A stretch of DNA of 64,000 nucleotides from an uncultured delta proteobacterium (GTDB lineage Bacteria; Myxococcota; Myxococcia; Myxococcales; Myxococcaceae). The position numbers and the translations under genes are program-made. The stretch's first letter is position 1. Each line of letters begins with the position of its first letter. The stretch is from NCBI GenBank assembly GCA_963796055.1, contig CAWCKH010000004.1, positions 32,001 to 96,000 of the forward strand. Reading direction: 5' to 3'. This document shows, piece by piece, positions 8,759-19,686 of this stretch. A model generated the notes under the pieces. The model was not told where the DNA came from. It saw only the letters and a program-made list of their open reading frames with translations, and made no database searches.

Positions 8759-10222
8759 GTGAGCGTTTCCGCCTTGCTCGCCTCGGTCGCCCTCGCCGCG
8801 GCTCCGTCCGAGCTCCGCTGGGGCGCGGACGCCGAGGGGGGCGCTCCGTACGTCTTCGAGCAGCCCCCCGGGCGCCTTCGCGGGTTCGAGGCCGAGCTGG
8901 CCGAGCTGCTGGCCGCGCGGCTCGGGCGCACCGCGCGTCACGTCCAGGGCCCCTTCGCGCAGCTGCTGCCACTGCTCGAGCGCGGCGACGTGGACGTGGT
9001 CATCAACGGGATCGAGGCCACCGAGGAACGCGCGCGGGCCTATGCGCTGACCCGGCCCTACTGGGCGGGCCCCGAGCGGCTGACCATCCGCCGCAACGAC
9101 CCGCACGCGCCGGCGGACCTGACCGATGTCCGCGGACGGCGAGTGGGGACGTTGCCCGGCACCCTGGCCGAGCGGATGCTCCGCGCCGCGGGCGCCGACG
9201 TCCACACCTACGATGGAGGGCAGGAGGATCCCTACCGGGACCTGGCGCTCGGCCGCACCGACGCGGTGCTGCTCGATGCGCCGATCGCGCTCTACTACGG
9301 GGACCGCCCGGAGCTGACCACCCTCCCCTCGGGGTTCGGTGAGCTCCGGTACGTGGTGGTGGCCCGGGCGAGCGACCCGCGCCTGGGGGATGCGCTGGAC
9401 GCGGCGCTCGCCTCGCTCACCGCCGACGGGACGCTCCCCGCCGTGCTCCAGCGCTGGGGTCTGTGGACCGAGGAGACAGCCCGGGTGCTCGGGGTGGAGA
9501 GAGCACCGTCCGGCCCGGCCACCGAGCTGGAGGCCTGGCGCGCCCGCCGGACCGAGGGCGTTTGGGGCGTGGGCGTGAGGCCGGTGCTGACGGCGCTCGG
9601 ACGCGGTGCCGCGGTCACCTTGTTCCTCTCCGTCGCGGCGATGGCCCTGGCGATGGTTCTCGGCGCGGCGCTGGCCCTGGCCCGGATCTACGGACCGGGA
9701 CCACTCTCGGCGCTCGCCCTGGGGTACGTGGAGCTGTTCCGCGGGACGCCACTGCTCCTGCAGCTCATCGTCGTCTACTACGGGCTTCCCGAGCTCGGCG
9801 TGCGCCTGAGCCCGCTGCTCGCGGGCTGGCTCGCCCTGGGGCTGAACTACGCCGCCGCGGAGGCGGAGAACGATCGGGCGGGGCTGCTCGCCGTGCCGCG
9901 CACCCAGATGGATGCGGCCCGGGTGCTGGGGCTCGGCCGCTGGCAGGCGGTCCGGCACGTGATCGCCCCCCAGGCAATGCGGGTGGCGCTGCCGCCGGTG
10001 ACCAACGACTTCATCGCCCTGCTCAAGGACAGCTCGCTGGTCTCGGTGGTGACGGTGACCGAGCTGACCAAGACCTACGGGACGCTGGCCGCGGCGACGC
10101 GGGACCACCTCGGGCTCGGGCTCCTGGTGGGAGTGATCTACTTGCTGCTCGGGCTGCCGTTCGCCCGGCTCTCCCGGTGGCTGGAGCGGCGCCTGGCGGC
10201 ACACCTGGAGGTGGCGCGTTGA
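8759..10222 (+). CDS. Amino-acid ABC transporter, fused substrate-binding protein + permease
   Basis: SBP_bac_3 N-terminus (WGADAEGGAPY, GFEAEL) fused to HisM-type permease (FRGTPLLLQL, LLKDSSL); start codon approximate. Confidence 0.88.
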   Translation: MSVSALLASVALAAAPSELRWGADAEGGAPYVFEQPPGRLRGFEAELAELLAARLGRTARHVQGPFAQLLPLLERGDVDVVINGIEATEERARAYALTRPYWAGPERLTIRRNDPHAPADLTDVRGRRVGTLPGTLAERMLRAAGADVHTYDGGQEDPYRDLALGRTDAVLLDAPIALYYGDRPELTTLPSGFGELRYVVVARASDPRLGDALDAALASLTADGTLPAVLQRWGLWTEETARVLGVERAPSGPATELEAWRARRTEGVWGVGVRPVLTALGRGAAVTLFLSVAAMALAMVLGAALALARIYGPGPLSALALGYVELFRGTPLLLQLIVVYYGLPELGVRLSPLLAGWLALGLNYAAAEAENDRAGLLAVPRTQMDAARVLGLGRWQAVRHVIAPQAMRVALPPVTNDFIALLKDSSLVSVVTVTELTKTYGTLAAATRDHLGLGLLVGVIYLLLGLPFARLSRWLERRLAAHLEVAR

Positions 10223-10884
10223 GCGCGCTGGTGGTGGAGGGGCTCGTGCGGCGGGTGGGTGCCGAGCGGCGGGCGGTGCTCGACGGCGTGAGCCTGCGGG
10301 TGGAGCCCGGGCGGGTGGCGGTGGTGCTCGGCCCCAGCGGCTCGGGAAAATCCACCCTGCTCCGCTGTCTCGCGGGGCTGGAGACGTTCGACGCCGGCCG
10401 GGTGTCACTGGGCGGACTGGAGGTGCAGCCGGCGCAGCACGCCGCACTGCTCGGCCGGGTAGGCCTGGTGTTCCAGTCGATGGAGCTCTTTCCGCACCTC
10501 CGGGTGCTGGAGAACTGCACCCTGGCCCCGCGTCTCCGGGGAGATCCGCAGCCCGAGCGCGAGGCACGGACCTGGCTCGAGCGGCTGGGCCTGGCGGATC
10601 GTGCCGACGCCTGGCCGCAAGCGCTGTCCGGAGGGGAGCGTCAGCGGGTCGCGATCGCCCGCGCCCTGTCGTGCCGGCCGGCGGCGTTGCTCTGGGATGA
10701 GCCCACGAGCGCGCTCGACCCCGAGCGCAAGCGCGAGGTCGCGGCGCACGTGGCGGCGGTCCGCGCCTGGAACATTCCCCAGGTCGTGGTCACCCACGAT
10801 GCCGAGCTCTCCGCGGCACTGTTGGCCGAGCGCTACCGGCTCGATGACGCACGGCTCACCCCGCTCACGACCGGGACGGGCTGA
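10219..10884 (+). CDS. Amino-acid ABC transporter ATP-binding protein
   Basis: Walker A GPSGSGKS, signature LSGGERQR, LLWDEP, VTHD; TTG start overlapping the upstream TGA. Confidence 0.9.
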   Translation: MSALVVEGLVRRVGAERRAVLDGVSLRVEPGRVAVVLGPSGSGKSTLLRCLAGLETFDAGRVSLGGLEVQPAQHAALLGRVGLVFQSMELFPHLRVLENCTLAPRLRGDPQPEREARTWLERLGLADRADAWPQALSGGERQRVAIARALSCRPAALLWDEPTSALDPERKREVAAHVAAVRAWNIPQVVVTHDAELSAALLAERYRLDDARLTPLTTGTG

Positions 10885-10979
10885 CCTGCCTCGGCCAGGT
10901 CGGAATGCCCCTCGCCAATCGCCACGAAGGGTTAGGTTCCCCCGCGGGCATGGTCGGACGGGGAGGTTCCGGGGCAGGC

Positions 10980-11459
10980 GTGAGATTGCAGCTCGGAGTC
11001 CTGGTGACCGGGCTGCTGCTCTCCCGGCTGTCGGGGGCGGAGCCGGCACGCTTCGCCCTGCAGGGCGGTCAGTGGGGACTCGGGGGAACCGCGGAGCACG
11101 CCCTGGCGGTGCAGCTCGAGCTCCGTCCGGGCGTGCACTGGCGGTGGGTGCGCCCCACCGGGGGCCTCCTGCAGTCCACCGACGGAACCCAGTTCGTCTT
11201 CGCCGGCGTGCTGATCGACATCCCGCTGGCCTGGGGCCTGACGCTCTCGCCGGGGCTCGCGCCGGGGATCCGCACCGTGGACGGCACGCGGAACTTCGGC
11301 TCGCACCTGCTGTTCAAATCGTCGGTCGAGCTCGGGTTCCCGCTCTTCCCCGGGCTGCGTGGCCTGGTGAGCTTCGCTCACATCTCCAACGGGAAGCTGG
11401 CGACGCCCAACCCCGGAATCGAGGTTCTGAACTTCGGCTTCGAGGTCGCGCTGGAGTGA
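10980..11459 (+). CDS. PagL-like lipid A 3-O-deacylase / acyloxyacyl hydrolase family beta-barrel
   Basis: FAHISNG...NPGIE matches the PagL catalytic HxSN..NPG motif; start uncertain (10905-10980). Confidence 0.78.
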   Translation: MRLQLGVLVTGLLLSRLSGAEPARFALQGGQWGLGGTAEHALAVQLELRPGVHWRWVRPTGGLLQSTDGTQFVFAGVLIDIPLAWGLTLSPGLAPGIRTVDGTRNFGSHLLFKSSVELGFPLFPGLRGLVSFAHISNGKLATPNPGIEVLNFGFEVALE

Positions 11460-11605
11460 CCGCCAGGGTCAGTCGAAGTGCAGCTGATCGAACGGCACCG
11501 GCACCGCGTTCCAGCTCGTCTGGCACCCGCCGGGGGCGCCGCTTTCCCGAGCGGTTCCGACCGCGGTGCCCTGTGCGACGTGGTGCGCGGCGCCGCGCCC
11601 ACCAG

Positions 11606-11679
11606 CGACCCCGGCGTGACTCGAACACGCAACCATCGGCTTAGAAGGCCGACGCTCTATCCAGTTGAGCTACGGGGCC
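11606..11679 (-). tRNA. tRNA-Arg(TCT), no encoded CCA
   Basis: Reverse complement GGCCCCG-TAGCTCAACTGGATAGAGC-GTCGGC-CTTCTAA-GCCGA...GTTCGAGTC...CGGGGTC-G folds as a cloverleaf. Confidence 0.95.
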
Positions 11680-11753
11680 GGTTGCTCGTGAGGCTCCGCA
11701 GTCCTAAGCCGGGCCCGCGCTCTCCCGCAAGTTCCCGGAGCGTCGCACCCGGG

Positions 11754-12332
11754 TCAGTGCGAGATCTTCGTCCCCAGCACGCCGAGGAACTTGCCGATCC
11801 AGTCCGCGTTCGCGGGCCAGGCGGGCGCGGTCACCAGATTTCCGTCGACCACCGCCCGGTCGATGGGTCCGTCCATGTACTCGCCCCCGGCGAGCCGCAC
11901 GTCCGGCGCGCAGGCCGGGTAGGCCGAGACCTTTCGGCCCCGGATGACGTCGGCCGCGGCCAGAATCTGTGCGGCGTGGCAAATGGCGGCGATGGGCTTC
12001 TTGCTCTCGGCGAAGTGGCGCACCGTGGCCAGCACCGTCCGGTCCAGCCGGAGGTACTCGGGGGCCCGGCCGCCGGGGATGACCAGCCCGTCGTAGTCGT
12101 GCGGCTTCACCTCGGCGTAGGTGGCGTTGAGCGTGAAGTCGTGTCCGCGCTTCTCGGTGTACGTCTGGTCGCCCTCGAAGTCGTGCACCGCGGTGCGGAT
12201 CTTCTCCCCGGCCAACTTGCCCGGGCAGGCCGCGTGCACGGTGTGCCCCACCGCCTGAAGCGCCTGGAAAGGGACCATCACCTCGTAGTCCTCACCGAAG
12301 TCGCCGACCAGCATCAGGATCTTCTTCCCCAT
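11754..12332 (-). CDS. DJ-1/PfpI family protein
   Basis: [24 protein letters not shown] nucleophile, [10 protein letters not shown]. Confidence 0.93.
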   Translation of the reverse strand: MGKKILMLVGDFGEDYEVMVPFQALQAVGHTVHAACPGKLAGEKIRTAVHDFEGDQTYTEKRGHDFTLNATYAEVKPHDYDGLVIPGGRAPEYLRLDRTVLATVRHFAESKKPIAAICHAAQILAAADVIRGRKVSAYPACAPDVRLAGGEYMDGPIDRAVVDGNLVTAPAWPANADWIGKFLGVLGTKISH

Positions 12333-15300
12333 CGCGGTGCCTCCTCGCGGGCCGGGGCAGCCTCCTCCCCGTTCACCACCGACTCTATGTCATGGAGACT
12401 CACCGGCTTGACCAGGTGCCGGGAGAACCCGGCCCGGAGCGCGGCTGCCCGGTCGGCCTCCTGTCCGTATCCACTCACCGCCACCATCCGGAGGTCGGGG
12501 TGCTCGGACCGGAGACGCTGGGCGAGCTCGTACCCGTCGATGACCGGAAGGCCGATGTCGAGCAGCGCCAGATCGGGCACGTTCTCCCGGGCCATCCGCA
12601 GCGCTTCGAGCCCGTCGTGGGCCACACGGACCCGGTTGCCGAGCAGCTCCAGTGCCTCGGCGATGCTCTCCGCCGCGTCCACGTTGTCGTCGACCACCAG
12701 GATGTGCAGCCCCCGGTCCGGCGCGCCACGGATTGCCGGTTCCACCCGCGCCCCCGAGCCGTCGGAGAGACCCGTGGCGACCGCCAGCGGAAGGCGCACG
12801 CTGAAGGTGCTTCCCTTGCCTGGACCCGGGCTCTCCACCTGCACCGTCCCTCCGTGCAGCTCGGTGAGGCTCTTCACCAGCGCCAGACCCAGCCCGAGGC
12901 CGCCCTTCGCCCGGTCGCGGTCCTGGCGGGCCTGGAAGAAGGTGTCGAACACCCTCGGCCCCAGCTCGGGCGGAATGCCGACCCCGTCGTCGCGGACCGA
13001 GATGCCCACCTGCCCTTCCTCCCGGTGCGCGGTCACCAGGATGTTTCCCCCTGGATCGGTGTACTTCGCCGCGTTGTGCAGGAGATTGAAGAGCACCTGG
13101 GCCAGCCGGGCAGGATCGACGACCACCTTGAGCCCGGTTCTGGGCACCGTCAGCCGCAGATGGTGTCCACGCTCCTCCAGCAAGGGGCTGACCTGTTCCA
13201 CCGCCGCCGAGATCACCGCTGCCAGCTCCACCGTCTCACGCTTGAGCTCGATCTTCCCCTGAGCGATGCGCGACACGTCGAGCAGATCGTCCACCAGGCG
13301 GGCCATGTGCTGCACCTGCCGCTCGAGGATCCCGCGTTCCCGCTCGAGCACCTGCGGCGCCCGGAGGCGCATCAGCTCCAGGGTGGTGAGCATCGGGGAA
13401 AGCGGATTTCGTAGCTCGTGGCCGAGCATGGCCAGGAACTCGTCCTTGGTCCGGTTCGCCGTCTCCGCCGCCTGGCGTGCCCGCACCAGCTCGGTCACGT
13501 CGGTGGCGACCACGGCGATCGCGTCCACGCTGCCCTCTTCGTTCTTCAGCGGCTCGTAGACCAGATTGAAGAAGCATTCCTCCAGCTCGGAACCAGCGTG
13601 GCGCCCGAGCATCACCCGCATCGCGGGCTCGATGAACGGACGTCCCGCCTCCAGCACGCCCCGGAGGTTGGCGAAGACCGTCTGTCCGTGCAGCTCCGGC
13701 AAGGCGGTGAGGAGCGGCTTGCCCAGCACCTCGCGGCCGCCGACCAGGGCGCGGTAGAAGGGGTTGGCGAAGTCGTAGACCAGGTCCGGACCTCGAAGGA
13801 TCGCGATCGCCACCGGCGCGTTCTCGAAGACCGAGGCCAGCTGCCGGGCGCTCTGCCGCTCCAGCCGGCGGAGCATCCGCCGTGCGAGGTGCGCGTCGAT
13901 GCGGGCCAGGAGCTCGCGGGCGGAGAACGGCTTGACCAGGTAGTCGTCCGCTCCAGCCTCGAGCCCCTCGCTCTGCGCCTCCTCGCCCGCGCGCGCGGAG
14001 AGCATCAGCACCGGGGTGTCCTCGAGCTGGGGGTGGGCGCGGATCGCCGCCACCAGCCCGAACCCGTCCAGCTCCGGCATCATCACGTCGGTGAGCACCA
14101 GGTCGGGCCGGCCTCTCTTCGCCGCCGCCAGCGCCTCGGTGCCGGTGCGCACCGCCTCGACCTCGAACCGGCCCTCCAGCAGCCGGACCAGATAGTCGCG
14201 CATGTCCGCGTTGTCGTCGGCCAGCAGCACCCGCGGCAGCTCGGTCGGGCTGCGCGTCTGCCGGAGGCGAGGGCGCGCCGGTGTCGGGAAGCCAGCGGAG
14301 CGCCTCCTCCACGTACGCCTCTGCCTGCCGGAGCTGGGTCTGGCCCTCGCCGTGCTCGACCCGGGCCGGTTCCAGGTGCGCGTGGCCGAGCGGGAGGCGG
14401 ATCTCGAACTCGCTCCCCTCGTCCAGCCGACTCCGGGCGCCGATGCTACCTCCGTGCAGCCGGACCAGATCGCTGACCAGCGCCAGCCCGATGCCCGAGC
14501 CCTCCTGGGTCCGGGCCCGGGCGCCCACCACGCGGTGGAACCGCTCGAAGACCCGCGGCAGCTCGGCCTCGGGGATGCCGGTCCCGGTGTCCCGGACGCG
14601 GAGCACCGCCTGCCGTCCCTCGATCCGCAGCGAGACCGCCACCTTCCCCTCGAAGGTGAACTTCAGCGCGTTGGAGAGGAGGTTGAGGACGATCCGCTCC
14701 CACATCTCGCTGTCGACGTAGACCGGCGTGCCGAGGTCCGGGGTCTCGACCTCGAGCTCGCACACCGGCGCGTTCGAACGCCGCCCGGAAGCTGCCAGCC
14801 AGGTCCCGGGTGTGCCGGGCGAGGTCGATGGGGCGGAAGACCGCGTTCGCCCGGCCCGCCTCGAGCCTGGAGAACTCGAGCAGCGCGTTCACCAGCCGCT
14901 GCAGTCGGAGCACGTTCCGGCGCATGACATCCAGCTGGCCGGCGAGCTCGTCTGGAAGTGTCCGCGAACTGCGCAGCTCGTCCAGCGGTCCCAGGAGAAG
15001 GGTGAGCGGGGTCCGGAACTCGTGGCTGATGTTGTTGAAGAAGGTGGTCTTGGCCCGATCGAGCTCCGCCAGCGCCTCGGCACGGCGCTTCTCCTCCTCG
15101 AAGGCCCGTGCGGTCTCGAGCGACGAGGCGAGGGCGGCGCCGACGAGCTCGAAGAAGGTCCGGTACGCCTCGTCGAAGGCCAGCATCGGGCTCCGGCCGA
15201 GGACCAGAACCCCGCTCAGGCCGGAGCCAGCCTTCGCGATGGGGAGCACCCACCCTCGGGGGCCAGCGCTCTCCCGGGTGGCCGAGGGAAGCGGCAGCGG

Positions 15301-16053
15301 GCTCCTGCTGACCCTGAGCCGCTCGACGTAGTCTCCGAGCACGCCAGAGAGTGCCTCCTCCTCGGCCTTCTCCAGTCCCACGGTGACGCTGCGCTCGGGT
15401 CCCCGCTCGCCCAGCTCCCGGTAGACGGCCCACGGAACGTCGGCGGCACTCTCGCGCAAGGCCTCGATCGCCAGTACCAGAGCGCTGGCTTCGGTGCGCC
15501 CCACCGCGGCGATCTCCGCCAGCCGGCGCAGCGTCCGGGTGCGGCGCCCGGCGAGCACCTGGCTGGTCGTCTCGACCACCGAGCAGAACACCCCGGCCAC
15601 CCCGCCTTCCTCGTGGCGGATGGGGCTGTAGGAGAAGGTGAAGTAGCACTCCTCGGGAAACCCGTTGCGTTCCAGGGGAAGCATCAGGTTCTCGGAGAAG
15701 GTGGATTCTGCGCGGGACATCACCGCTTCGAGCATCGGGCCGATGACGTGCCAGATCTCCGCCCAGCACTCCCGGGCTCGTTGCCCCAGGGACCGGGGAT
15801 GCTTGGCGCCGAGCATCTGCCGGTAGGCGTCGTTGTACAGCATGATCAGCTCGGGACCCCACCAGACGAAGACCGGCATCCGCGAGTTGAGGCAGATGCT
15901 GACCGCTGTCTTGAGGCTCTGCGGCCAGTCCCGGGTATCTCCCAGTGGAGTGACGGCCCAGTCCTTGCGGCGCATCTCGCTCCCGAGCGCACCTCCGCCG
16001 GCGAGAAAGTCGAGGGCGCCGTCGTCGATGGGTTTCCGAATGCCGCTGATCAT
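12314..16053 (-). pseudogene. Hybrid sensor kinase (PAS-GAF-HisKA-HATPase-REC-PAS-HisKA-HATPase-REC) interrupted by two frameshifts (~14762 and ~14245); pseudogene or sequencing error
   Basis: Three consecutive ORF-track frames join into one protein: SHEFRTP, NLLSNALKF, GSGIGL, LLADDN..LTDVMMP, GHELRNP, LLDIGLP. Confidence 0.8.
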
Positions 16054-16239
16054 TCCCCGCCGCTCTCGGTCGGGACAGTGGGTGCGACTCCCGGTCGAGA
16101 GCCGGATACTTGCCACGGCCCGGGTGCTGGGGACCGGCCGAGGGAGGCGGTCGTTCACCACCAAACGGGGGACCGGCCACTTCCAGCCGTGCTATCCCGG
16201 TGATGAACGCCGCCTGGAGCTTCCCCGGAGGTCGGGACG

Positions 16240-17901
16240 ATGACTGCCTTGCTGCTGTCCGTCGTGCTCGCGGCGAGCCCCTCGCCAAGTTACGGGGTAC
16301 TGGACTTTCCCATCAGCGGGAACGCCGAGTGCCGGCGCCTCTTCGTGCGGGGGATGCTCCAGCTGCACTCCTTCCAGTACGACGACGCGCACGAGAGCTT
16401 CCAGTCCGCGGCGAAGGCGGATCCGCGCTGCGCGATGGCGCACTGGGGCGACGCCATGGCCTATAGCCACCCGATCTGGGGTGAGGAGCAGGTCCAGTCG
16501 GCCCGGGCCGCGCTGTCCCTGGTGAAGAACGAGGGGGAGCTCAAGCCCACCGAGCGCGCGCACCTCGCGGCGGCCCGGGCGCTGTACGGGCCGGGCGACA
16601 TCCAGGAGCGCCACCGCGCCTGGCTGGAGGAAACGGAGCGCGCGCACCGGGCGTTCCCGGGGGACGACGAGCTGGCCCTGCAGCATGCGCTCGCCCTCAT
16701 GGCCAACGCCGAGAATTTCCGGAACACCGGTCGGCTGATGAAGGCCGCGGCCATCGCCATGGACGTGTTCCGGCGCAAGCCCAACCACCCCGGCGCGGCG
16801 CACTACCTCATTCACGCCTGCGATACGCCGGACCACGCGGTGCTCGCGCTGCCCGCGGCCCGCAAGTACGCGCGGATCGCGCCGGCCTCGTCGCATGCCC
16901 GGCACATGCCCTCGCACATCTTCGTCCAGCTCGGGATGTGGTCGGATTCGGCGGCCTCCAACGAGGACGCCTGGGCCGCCTCGGAGCAGCGGGCCACGAG
17001 CCGGAAGCTGGGGCAGGCCGACCGCGACTACCACACCTACTCCTGGCTCGGGGCCTCGTACCTCGAGCTGGGGCGCTTCACCCGGGCGCGGGCCGTCCTC
17101 GACGACATCGCCTCGCGGATGAAGGAGGAGGACGGAGCGGACATCCGGTTCAATTACGCCCAGCTCGCCCGGAAGTATCTCGCCGACACCGGCCGCTGGT
17201 CCGAGGCGAAGGCGCTGTTCGCGCTGATGGAGACGCCGTACGTGGAGAAGGGGGAGCCCGAGGGCAGTCTGGGGTGTGCGCTGCACAGCCCGACCAGCGG
17301 GGCCGACGAGGTCCGTGTCCCGGTCGGGCTCTTCGCCCGGGATGGGATGCAAGCCGCGCTCGCCGACGCAGCGATGCGCGCCGGCGACGAGTCCGGAGTC
17401 AAGGCGCAGCTCGCGGCCATGGATCGGACGCACGAGGCGATGGAGCCCTGGGCAAAGATGCTCCCCCCGGACCGCGCGGAGCGGGCGAAGCTGCAGGCCG
17501 CGGCGTACCTCGCCGGGGCGCGTGCGTTCCGCGAGCCAACCCCGGAGAGCTGGAGCGCCGCGGCCGAGTCGATGACCCGCTATGCGGACGCCATCGAGAA
17601 GCGACCGCCCTCCGGGCCCGCCTTCGGGCCGCCGGCGCGGCTCCTGGTGGCGGACTTCCTGCTCGAGGCCAACCGGACGAAGGAGGCGCTGGCGGCCTAC
17701 GACACCACCCTGCTCCGCTTCCCGAATCTCTCTCGCGCCCTGCTCGGCTCGGCGCGCGCAGCGCAACGGGGCGGCGATGCGGTGACCGCCCGCGAGCGGT
17801 ACGCGACGCTCGCCGCGCAGTGGAAGAATGCCGACCCCGGCGTCCCCGAGCTGGACGAGGTGCGGACCGGGGCACGGGCCCAGCGCACCAGCCGGCGCTG
17901 A
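16240..17901 (+). CDS. Secreted TPR-repeat protein
   Basis: Signal peptide; helical repeats; motifs CAMAHWG, HPGAAHYLIH and HARHMPSHIF. Confidence 0.8.
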   Translation: MTALLLSVVLAASPSPSYGVLDFPISGNAECRRLFVRGMLQLHSFQYDDAHESFQSAAKADPRCAMAHWGDAMAYSHPIWGEEQVQSARAALSLVKNEGELKPTERAHLAAARALYGPGDIQERHRAWLEETERAHRAFPGDDELALQHALALMANAENFRNTGRLMKAAAIAMDVFRRKPNHPGAAHYLIHACDTPDHAVLALPAARKYARIAPASSHARHMPSHIFVQLGMWSDSAASNEDAWAASEQRATSRKLGQADRDYHTYSWLGASYLELGRFTRARAVLDDIASRMKEEDGADIRFNYAQLARKYLADTGRWSEAKALFALMETPYVEKGEPEGSLGCALHSPTSGADEVRVPVGLFARDGMQAALADAAMRAGDESGVKAQLAAMDRTHEAMEPWAKMLPPDRAERAKLQAAAYLAGARAFREPTPESWSAAAESMTRYADAIEKRPPSGPAFGPPARLLVADFLLEANRTKEALAAYDTTLLRFPNLSRALLGSARAAQRGGDAVTARERYATLAAQWKNADPGVPELDEVRTGARAQRTSRR

Positions 17902-18996
17902 TCAGCCGGCGGCCCGAAGGGGCGACAGCCGGGAGAAGAAGTCCCGGGTCACCTCGCGTCCAGCGTTCATGTAACCCGGCCACCGCCGGCGATCGACGAA
18001 GGTCTGGTAGAACTTGCCCCCGCGCACCGCCTCGTAGGCCACGGGGTGCAGGAGCGTGAGCCGGTCTCCGGCCAGGAGCGCCTGCTCGCGGGCCAGCGCC
18101 ACCATCCCGGACCAGCGGAGCTGACCGCTCGCCCGGAGAATGGCGAACGAGCGCTGGCGCCAGCCGGTGACGTCCTCGCCCTCGAAGCCCACCGGCAGGT
18201 AGCAGTTGAGCCCCAGCACCCGGTCGGGCTTGACCTCCAGCACCGGGCGCACCGGAAAGATGTCGATGATCCCCCCGTCCCCGTAGACGTGGGCGCCGAT
18301 CTGCACCGGCTCCACGAAGATGGGGATCGCGACGGAGGTGCGGGCTGCCACCGCCACCGGCAGATCGGGCGTGGTGCGGGTGCCGAACATCTCCACCCGG
18401 TTCCGGTCGATGTTCCAGGCCGGCATGGAGAACGGGATGCGCGTCTCGCCCAGCCGGCGATCGCCGACCAACCCGCGGAGGGAACGCTCCAGCGCCTCCC
18501 CCCGGAGAAGCCCGGCCCAGCCCCCCATCGCCCGTCGGGCCGAGCGGGCCAGGGCGCCCCAGTCCACGTCCACGTAGTCAGCGCGGCGGAGACCGAGCCA
18601 GAACCGGGCGATGGCGGCCGAGTCCAGGCCGCACGCCCAGAGCACGGCGAAGAGCACCGACCCCGAGGCCGCGGAGAGGGCGGCGGGCTCGAGACCCGCC
18701 TCCTCGAACGCGCGCTGAACCCCGACACAGGCGCTGGTCGCCCCGCTTCCACCGGAGACCACGACCGCCAGCTTCTCGCCCCGGAGTGCCGGGACCTCCT
18801 CCGGCTCGAACGGCGGAAAGGGATCCGGGTCGATGACCGGCTCACGATCCGTCGGCAGCGGCAGGAGCGTGCGCCGCAGCACGGCGAGGAACTCGGGGTC
18901 CTCGCGCATGGCCCTCCAGCCGTCCTGGCCGGCCGAGACCGCGTCGAAGAACGGCCGGAGGTTGTTCGGGTCCAGCAGTCGGACCAGGCGGCTCAT
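17902..18996 (-). CDS. Patatin-like phospholipase
   Basis: Gly-rich SGGSG, nucleophile motif variant ASGS, AIPIFVEP, catalytic DGG. Confidence 0.85.
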   Translation of the reverse strand: MSRLVRLLDPNNLRPFFDAVSAGQDGWRAMREDPEFLAVLRRTLLPLPTDREPVIDPDPFPPFEPEEVPALRGEKLAVVVSGGSGATSACVGVQRAFEEAGLEPAALSAASGSVLFAVLWACGLDSAAIARFWLGLRRADYVDVDWGALARSARRAMGGWAGLLRGEALERSLRGLVGDRRLGETRIPFSMPAWNIDRNRVEMFGTRTTPDLPVAVAARTSVAIPIFVEPVQIGAHVYGDGGIIDIFPVRPVLEVKPDRVLGLNCYLPVGFEGEDVTGWRQRSFAILRASGQLRWSGMVALAREQALLAGDRLTLLHPVAYEAVRGGKFYQTFVDRRRWPGYMNAGREVTRDFFSRLSPLRAAG

Positions 18997-18999
18997 GGC

Positions 19000-19473
19000 T
19001 CAGGCCTGGGCGTGGCCCGAGGAAACCGCCCGTGGGCTGCTGATCGCGGCGAGCGTCCCCGCGATCTCCGCCGGTTCGACGCCCTCCAGGGCCTTCATCG
19101 TCCGGAGGTGGTGCACCAGGTCGTTCAGCGTCACCATCCCCTTGAGGAACCCGAGCGTGTCCACCACCGGGATGCGATGCACCTGCTCCGAGCGCATCCG
19201 GTCCTCTGCCACCCGGAGCCCGTCCGTGGGCTGCACCGTCACCAGCCGGTGCGACATGGCCGCCGAGACCTTGATCTCCCCCAGCGTCTTGCCCTGGAGG
19301 TAGGCGGCCATCGCGATGTCCCTGTCGGTGATGACCGAGGTCACGCGACCGTCCGCTCCCAGCACCGGGAGGCACCCGATGTCGTACTCCCACATCTTCC
19401 GCGCGGCGACCCACAGCGATTCATCTGCCCCGCAGGTCTCCAGTTGCTTGGTCATGATGTCCTCGACGCGCAT
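19000..19473 (-). CDS. CBS-domain protein
   Basis: MRVEDIMT, IGCLPV, ITDRDI, VHRIPVV; RBS-like GGAGG upstream. Confidence 0.92.
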   Translation of the reverse strand: MRVEDIMTKQLETCGADESLWVAARKMWEYDIGCLPVLGADGRVTSVITDRDIAMAAYLQGKTLGEIKVSAAMSHRLVTVQPTDGLRVAEDRMRSEQVHRIPVVDTLGFLKGMVTLNDLVHHLRTMKALEGVEPAEIAGTLAAISSPRAVSSGHAQA

Positions 19474-19686
19474 GACTGACCTCCTTCCTCGGAGAGGAGT
19501 CGTGCATCGGTCGAGCCACGGATTGGCCCCGGGCATGCAGCCTCCGCAGTTCAGCCCCGGAGAGGCACCAGGGCGCGCAGCGGGTGCGGCTGCGCGCGGG
19601 TGCCGGCGCAACCATTGCGGGGCTCGCCACGGCCAGAGTGCCAGCCGTTCACCTACCAGTTCGTCGGCACCAAGTGAGCCCGGGGT

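Noticed and set aside
14230..14770. Programmed ribosomal frameshifting in the hybrid kinase
   Set aside because: No slippery heptamer or homopolymer run at either junction
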